A stretch of DNA of 64,000 nucleotides. Origin: Nitrospinaceae bacterium UBA7883 (GTDB lineage Bacteria; Nitrospinota_A; UBA7883). Position numbers and translations under genes: made by a program. The DNA lies in assembly GCA_002500605.1 (NCBI GenBank), contig DLRR01000021.1:47866-111865 (forward strand), in the 5' to 3' direction. This document shows, one piece after another, positions 58,628 to 64,000 of the stretch (within the stretch, counting starts at the first letter, position 1; every line of letters begins with the position of its first letter). The notes under the pieces are model-generated. The model had not been told where the DNA came from. It made no database searches and saw only the letters and a list, made by a program, of their open reading frames with translations.

Positions 58628-59197
58628 ATGCATGCAAGTAATAAGAGTACAAAAGAAAAGATAGAAGCAGCATTAGATGGAACTACTGTCCATCAAAGGC
58701 AAAGTGACCTATCTTTAGGCAAATGGGATTTTGTAGTTTTTGGTCCAATTTTAGGTGAGAAAAGCGCGGTCATTAGAATTGGTGTGGCTGAGCAAGCTAT
58801 GATCCAACAAGCACCTTTATATGTTGCTTCACTTGGCGACCCAAGGGTGATCGGACATGCTGGTATAATGTCATTGAACAGTTTGACAAACGGCGACATT
58901 TTAGACGAGTTCAAGGATCTTGAGGTTTTTCATGTCTCGCCACTTCGTCCAATGACCATAACCGATAAACGTAATGTCGAAAATACCAACCGTATGCGTG
59001 ATAACATTTTTACAGAGTTTGGAAACACTAATATCGCCATCATTGAGACGCCTGATCAATCGATATGGATAGTATCAGTGTTGAAGTACTTACACGAATG
59101 TGATGAGGTATTCCCCGATTTGTTTATGTCATTCATTCGACAAGAAACAAACAACAGATTCAAAGAAAATGATAGTGAATCAGAGCAAACACATTAA
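58628..59197 (+). CDS. Hypothetical protein
   Basis: Open frame of about 190 aa filling the gap between rpsF and the LPS genes; no family recognised; start uncertain. Confidence 0.55.
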   Translation: MHASNKSTKEKIEAALDGTTVHQRQSDLSLGKWDFVVFGPILGEKSAVIRIGVAEQAMIQQAPLYVASLGDPRVIGHAGIMSLNSLTNGDILDEFKDLEVFHVSPLRPMTITDKRNVENTNRMRDNIFTEFGNTNIAIIETPDQSIWIVSVLKYLHECDEVFPDLFMSFIRQETNNRFKENDSESEQTH

Positions 59198-59256
59198 TTC
59201 CGCTTTCTGGCATAGTTTGTAATATAGCTCCACCATCGTGATAAAATATCATTAGC

Positions 59257-60303
59257 ATGAATTTGGATACCATAAAAGTTACTGAAAAACCACGGATACT
59301 TGTCGTAAGAACGGACAGGATTGGAGATCTAACGCTTAGTCTGCCTGTCTTCACATCGCTTAGGGCAACCTTTCCGAAGGCTCACATCTGTGCCCTAACC
59401 CGCAAATATACTAGTGAGATATTGCAAAATCGTGCAGACATCGATCAGACAATTACTTTTGATTCTGATAAATCCAATATACCAGTGGGTCAATTCTGCA
59501 ATGTGGTTTCATTAATTAGGAGAGGGAAATTTGATGTTGGGATAGCTCTTTATCTGAACAATTCAATAGCTTTAGCACTACTTATTGCTGGCATCCCGAT
59601 TCGTATTGGGCCTGCAACTAAACTAGCCCAGATAGGGCTTAACCATAAAATAAAACAACGGCGCTCCAAAAGTAACCGGCATGAAGCAGATCACAATCTA
59701 GACCTCTTAAAACCCCTTGGTGCAGAAATCATCCGCGAATCAAAAGTCTATATACCAGATAGCACACCACTTTTACTAGGAGCTAAGAATGGAAAACCAC
59801 GAGTTGGTATCCACCCAGGACATGGTGGGTCGTCATTAAATTGGCCTAAACGATACTACGGCCAGCTTATCGGCATTCTCGAAAAGTCTGGGCTGGATGT
59901 TTATTTAACTGGTTCCGAGAATGAGCAAGACCTGCTTGAAGAAATTGCTCTGGCATCTGGCGGAAAGCCAAAAACATATGTTGGTACTAACGGTATCATG
60001 GAACTAGCTAAAGTATTGTCAGAACTGGATGTCTTTGTTGCATCCAGTACCGGCCCTCTGCATCTAGCCTCAGCAGTTGGCACACCAGTCGTAGGAATCT
60101 ACTGCCCAATTTACGTTTGCCTTCCTGAGAGGTGGGGTCCCATAGGCAAGCATGACACAGCTATACGACCGATGATGGAGCCATGCAAAGTATGTAACAG
60201 CATATGTAATGTCGATTGCATGGCGACAATAGATATTGAGCAAGTGAGAATAGCCATTCTTTCAAAAATTTCCAATAAAACTAACAAGGTTGCCGGTTAT
60301 TAA
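59257..60303 (+). CDS. Glycosyltransferase family 9 (LPS heptosyltransferase-like)
   Basis: RTDRIGDLTL..P, HPG.GG...NWP, DVFVASSTGPLHLASAVGTPVVGIY. Confidence 0.92.
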   Translation: MNLDTIKVTEKPRILVVRTDRIGDLTLSLPVFTSLRATFPKAHICALTRKYTSEILQNRADIDQTITFDSDKSNIPVGQFCNVVSLIRRGKFDVGIALYLNNSIALALLIAGIPIRIGPATKLAQIGLNHKIKQRRSKSNRHEADHNLDLLKPLGAEIIRESKVYIPDSTPLLLGAKNGKPRVGIHPGHGGSSLNWPKRYYGQLIGILEKSGLDVYLTGSENEQDLLEEIALASGGKPKTYVGTNGIMELAKVLSELDVFVASSTGPLHLASAVGTPVVGIYCPIYVCLPERWGPIGKHDTAIRPMMEPCKVCNSICNVDCMATIDIEQVRIAILSKISNKTNKVAGY

Positions 60304-60304
60304 T

Positions 60305-62032
60305 ATGAACTTATATCGTCGTCTGCTTGCATATCTTAAGCCCTACCTTGGGAAGTTTTTGCTAGCATCTATATTTATGATTTTTGTCTCGGCGTCAGCT
60401 GGGGCTGCTGCTTTGATAATACAGCCAATACTTGACGATATATTTCTAAGTAAAAATGAAGTAATGCTCATACTGTTGCCATTAGGTGTTATCGCAATAT
60501 ATGCTATCAGAGGAATCGGCCGCTATTTTGCTTCATCACTAATGCAGATTATTGGCCAACTAGCCGTTCGTGATATACGCGATCATCTGTTTAAACATCT
60601 GCAGTCTTTAAGCCTTAAGTTCTACTCATCAAGGCAGACAGGACAACTGATGTCTCGCATTACGAACGATGTCCAAGTGATACAAGACTCAGTATCAATT
60701 GTGGTCTACGACTTAATGCGAGAAAGTCTTACAATGACGGTTTTGCTTTGCGTGGTTTTCTACCGTGACTGGAAGTTAGCTCTATTTGCTTTAACTATTA
60801 TACCTTTCTCAGCTATCTTAATTGACCGCCTTGGTAAACGTTTACGCAAAATTTCCAAAATTTCCCAAGAAAAAATGGCGGAGCTTAACTCACTGCTCCA
60901 TGAAACATTTACTGGGATACGTGTCGTCCAAGCTTTTGGTATGGAAGAATATGAAACAACAAAATTTAAAAATGGCAACGCAGCCTATTTTGATACCGTA
61001 AAAAAAATCATAAAGATCAATGAACTATCAAGCCCATTGCTGGAATTTATTGGTGCTTTTGGAATTGCCGCTATAATTTGGTATGGTGGCACACAGGTAA
61101 TTGCTGGCCATACTACAGTTGGATCTTTTTTTTCATTCATGACAGCACTTTTCATGCTGTTTCAACCCATAAGCAAATTGAGCCGTGTTTACAACAAGAC
61201 GCAGCAGGCACTTGCTGCTGCTCAGCGTGTCTTCGATATCCTAGATACCAAAGCACTAATAAAAGATAAGAAGGACGCCATTAGCCTTGACTCTTTCAAT
61301 CACCAAATCGAATTTAATAACGTTTCTTTTGAATACGAACCAGACCGGCCTGTTCTGGAAAAAATCAACCTCTGCATAAATAAAGGCACAATTGTAGCTT
61401 TCGTTGGATCATCCGGTGCTGGCAAAACAACTCTAGTCAATCTCATTCCGAGGTTTTTCGATGTTACAGATGGTGCCATACTAATCGACAACCATGATCT
61501 GCGAGATGTGTCAGTCCATTCGTTGCGGGAAAAAATAGGTATAGTAACTCAAGACATATTCCTGTTCCACGATACCATAAGAAATAATATTGCCTATGGA
61601 CAAACGAAGAAGCCGTTGGAAGATGTTCAGCATGCAGCCGTAGCAGCGTACGCCCATGATTTCATAATGCAAACCCCCGACGGTTATGACTCGATAATTG
61701 GCGAACGCGGGATGAAGCTTTCCGGCGGACAACGCCAGAGAATTTCGATAGCACGTGCCATTATGAAAGATCCTTCTATTTTGATATTCGATGAAGCAAC
61801 ATCAGCGCTTGATACAGAGTCTGAAGTAATGGTGCAAAAGGCCTTGAAAAATCTAATGAGTAGCAGGACAACATTCGTTATTGCGCATAGGCTTTCAACC
61901 ATTCTACATGCAGATCTCATAGTGACACTAGATGGTGGAAAAATAATTGAATTTGGACCGCATGCTGAGTTACTTGCAAAAGGTGGTACTTACAGCCGAC
62001 TATTTGAATTGCAGTTTAGCAACAAAACTTAG
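60305..62032 (+). CDS. msbA: Lipid A export ABC transporter MsbA
   Basis: TMD, GSSGAGKT, LSGGQRQR, FDEATSALD, IAHRLST; start moved to MNLYRRLL. Confidence 0.92.
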   Translation: MNLYRRLLAYLKPYLGKFLLASIFMIFVSASAGAAALIIQPILDDIFLSKNEVMLILLPLGVIAIYAIRGIGRYFASSLMQIIGQLAVRDIRDHLFKHLQSLSLKFYSSRQTGQLMSRITNDVQVIQDSVSIVVYDLMRESLTMTVLLCVVFYRDWKLALFALTIIPFSAILIDRLGKRLRKISKISQEKMAELNSLLHETFTGIRVVQAFGMEEYETTKFKNGNAAYFDTVKKIIKINELSSPLLEFIGAFGIAAIIWYGGTQVIAGHTTVGSFFSFMTALFMLFQPISKLSRVYNKTQQALAAAQRVFDILDTKALIKDKKDAISLDSFNHQIEFNNVSFEYEPDRPVLEKINLCINKGTIVAFVGSSGAGKTTLVNLIPRFFDVTDGAILIDNHDLRDVSVHSLREKIGIVTQDIFLFHDTIRNNIAYGQTKKPLEDVQHAAVAAYAHDFIMQTPDGYDSIIGERGMKLSGGQRQRISIARAIMKDPSILIFDEATSALDTESEVMVQKALKNLMSSRTTFVIAHRLSTILHADLIVTLDGGKIIEFGPHAELLAKGGTYSRLFELQFSNKT

Positions 62033-62081
62033 AAAAATTTATGACAATAACATCTGGATACCGGAGGTAATCTCAGCAAAG

Positions 62082-63254
62082 ATGGTTAGCAACTGGGACA
62101 AGGCTGGAATTGTTTTCCTTTTTATTTTTTCTGCAGCAGATCTGTTTTCAATATCAATCGCGCAATGTGCAGCTGCTGGATTAGTTGTATGCTGGGTTTG
62201 CAAATGGATCCAAACAAAACATCGTCCTGGAATACCAAGTATTTGGTGGACCTTTGTTGCTTTTATTGTTGCCTCACTCACTTCTGCCGTACTTTCCCTA
62301 GATCCAATAGAAAGTTTGAAAGACTCAAATGATTTAGCCCATATAGCAATTTTCTTTGCGGCATACGACATTCTTTGGCGTAACAGAACCCTTAGTGGGA
62401 AAGTATTACGTTTAATCGCAGTTGTCGGAACAGTCATTTCTATAGTGGGTTTTGCCCAAATATTGCAAAGGGGAATAGATATTTATAACCGTATATCTGG
62501 TTTTAATGACATGTATATGACATATGCTGGATTGCTAATGATTGTAATCATTAGCGCACTCGCAATTATCCTGTTCTCTTTTAAAAAGTGGTCAGATTCT
62601 TGGCTGCCATTCGCTGTTTTAATAATGGGCGTAGCTTTGCTGCTATCACTTACAAGAAGCGCCTGGGTTGGCCTTTTCATAGGCTGTTCCATCTTGATAG
62701 CACTCAGGAAGCCATTTGCAATAATTATTATTCCAGTAGTAGTCGCAATAGGTTTGGCTGCTTCACCAGATAAAATACGCGACAGAGCCTTTTCAATGTT
62801 CGATAAAAATCAAAAGTCGAATAAAGAACGAATCTATCTCTGGGGGGCAGGTCTAAAAATAATAAAGGACTATCCAATTTTTGGGGTAGGACAAAATTCT
62901 TTTCCAATCGTATACCCTAAGTATCGTCATCCGGACGTCAAAGAACCAACTATCTCTCATCTGCACAATAACTTTCTTGAGATAGCAGCAGAACGTGGCC
63001 TAGTTGGTCTGTTTTGCTGGTCCCTGGTATGGGCTAGTGCACTTTGGGTAATGCTACGCTCGTGGACCATAGCGAAAATTAATGACAGAGAAAGGATCAT
63101 GGCCCTAGGAGCATCAATAGCATCCACTATATCATTTTTGGTGGCTGGGTTTTTTGAATATAACTTTGGTGATTCAGAAGTGCAAATGTTGCTTTATTTA
63201 CTCATTGCCATTGGCCTTGCCTCCGCTCGTGACGATAAAATCGATCAGACATAG
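62082..63254 (+). CDS. O-antigen ligase family protein
   Basis: Multi-TM; TRSAW, R..LW..G..IIKDYPIFGVG, HLHNNFLEIAAERGLVG; start uncertain. Confidence 0.88.
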   Translation: MVSNWDKAGIVFLFIFSAADLFSISIAQCAAAGLVVCWVCKWIQTKHRPGIPSIWWTFVAFIVASLTSAVLSLDPIESLKDSNDLAHIAIFFAAYDILWRNRTLSGKVLRLIAVVGTVISIVGFAQILQRGIDIYNRISGFNDMYMTYAGLLMIVIISALAIILFSFKKWSDSWLPFAVLIMGVALLLSLTRSAWVGLFIGCSILIALRKPFAIIIIPVVVAIGLAASPDKIRDRAFSMFDKNQKSNKERIYLWGAGLKIIKDYPIFGVGQNSFPIVYPKYRHPDVKEPTISHLHNNFLEIAAERGLVGLFCWSLVWASALWVMLRSWTIAKINDRERIMALGASIASTISFLVAGFFEYNFGDSEVQMLLYLLIAIGLASARDDKIDQT

Positions 63255-63364
63255 CAGCTATTAGGGCTATGTATAAAAACTTTTTTCAAAAAATTACCTT
63301 GAAGATATAGGGCGAAGAGGCTATCTTGGGAAAAGACTCAGTAGTAATGGTTAGGTGTTTAGTA

Positions 63365-63724
63365 ATGAAGTTAAGCGAAAAAAATCATACCTATTTTTTA
63401 CAAAAGCTTTCTAAGCAACGGGCAAAGCTCGTAAAGGGAGCATCTGATACAATTGCCAATGACCTTAGCGTCATTGACGGAGAATTAGCTGACACCATTG
63501 ATAGATCGACAGTCGAGACTGAAAGAAGTTTTATGTTGCGGTTGCGCGAGCGAGAAAGAAAGTTGATAAATAAAATCGATGAGGCGTTATCTCGTCTGAA
63601 CAAAGACGAGTTCGGTCAGTGTGAGGAATGTGGTGACAACATTGGGCTAGAACGCCTCAAAGCAAGACCTGTAGCCACTCTATGCATCAATTGCAAAGAA
63701 GATGAGGAAAAAAGAGAGAGCTAA
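63365..63724 (+). CDS. dksA: DksA/TraR C4 zinc-finger protein
   Basis: Coiled coil with DTIDRS tip, CEECG...RL.ARP.ATLCINC. Confidence 0.9.
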   Translation: MKLSEKNHTYFLQKLSKQRAKLVKGASDTIANDLSVIDGELADTIDRSTVETERSFMLRLRERERKLINKIDEALSRLNKDEFGQCEECGDNIGLERLKARPVATLCINCKEDEEKRES

Positions 63725-63755
63725 TAAAACCAACTTTCAATGATGCTAAGTTGAT

Positions 63756-64000
63756 TTAAGCTTTTTTGGTCGCTATCTTAGCAATCACTTTCCAACGGGT
63801 TAACACCTTCTTGGAGTATTTATTAAGAAGATAATCCCCCCTGTCAATCCGTCTCTTAAGCCTAGTTGGCCCAAGGTTATAAGCTTCAAGAGCCATTCGC
63901 AGATTCCCAAATCGTCGTTTAAGCTTGGATAGATAATGCGTGCCTATCAGAACATTTGTTTCAAGATCAGTAAGGGACTGAGCAACCAAGTTAGGATCAA
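63756..64000 (-). CDS. Lytic transglycosylase (SLT domain), C-terminal part; 5' end outside the window
   Basis: L.D.ETNVLIGTHYL..L..RFG....ALEAYNLGP. Confidence 0.85.
   Translation of the reverse strand, partial: DPNLVAQSLTDLETNVLIGTHYLSKLKRRFGNLRMALEAYNLGPTRLKRRIDRGDYLLNKYSKKVLTRWKVIAKIATKKA

Overview
AT-rich bacterial chromosomal segment with no mobile element, CRISPR array or rRNA visible. Gene content suggests a Nitrospinota/Nitrospirota-like or deltaproteobacterium-like chemolithotroph (inference, not searched). The first ~21 kb is a redox island. On the minus strand is a cytochrome bd-like (CydA-like, no CydB) module with c-type cytochromes and two unannotated small membrane peptides. 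On the plus strand are a putative blue-copper protein, a membrane-anchored HmuY-like protein, and an operon of two diheme cytochrome c peroxidases, a TAT-Rieske subunit, an AioA-like molybdoenzyme and a HEAT-repeat protein. That operon has the gene set of the dissimilatory iodate reductase IdrABP1P2. It has a canonical sigma54 -24/-12 promoter and a convergent sigma54-activating two-component system, which may be its regulator. The remainder is housekeeping: ymdB-rny, htrA/degP plus a PDZ remnant, tRNA-His, atpF'FHAGDC, rplU-rpmA-obgE, a complex I operon with a HydB-like NuoF, an FdhA-like NuoG and no nuoE, rpsF-ssb-rpsR-DUF2232-rplI with an S6:S18 leader, LPS genes, dksA and a partial lytic transglycosylase. 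Several starts were moved from the ORF track using RBS and stop/start overlaps. All assignments come from motif recognition, not database searches.
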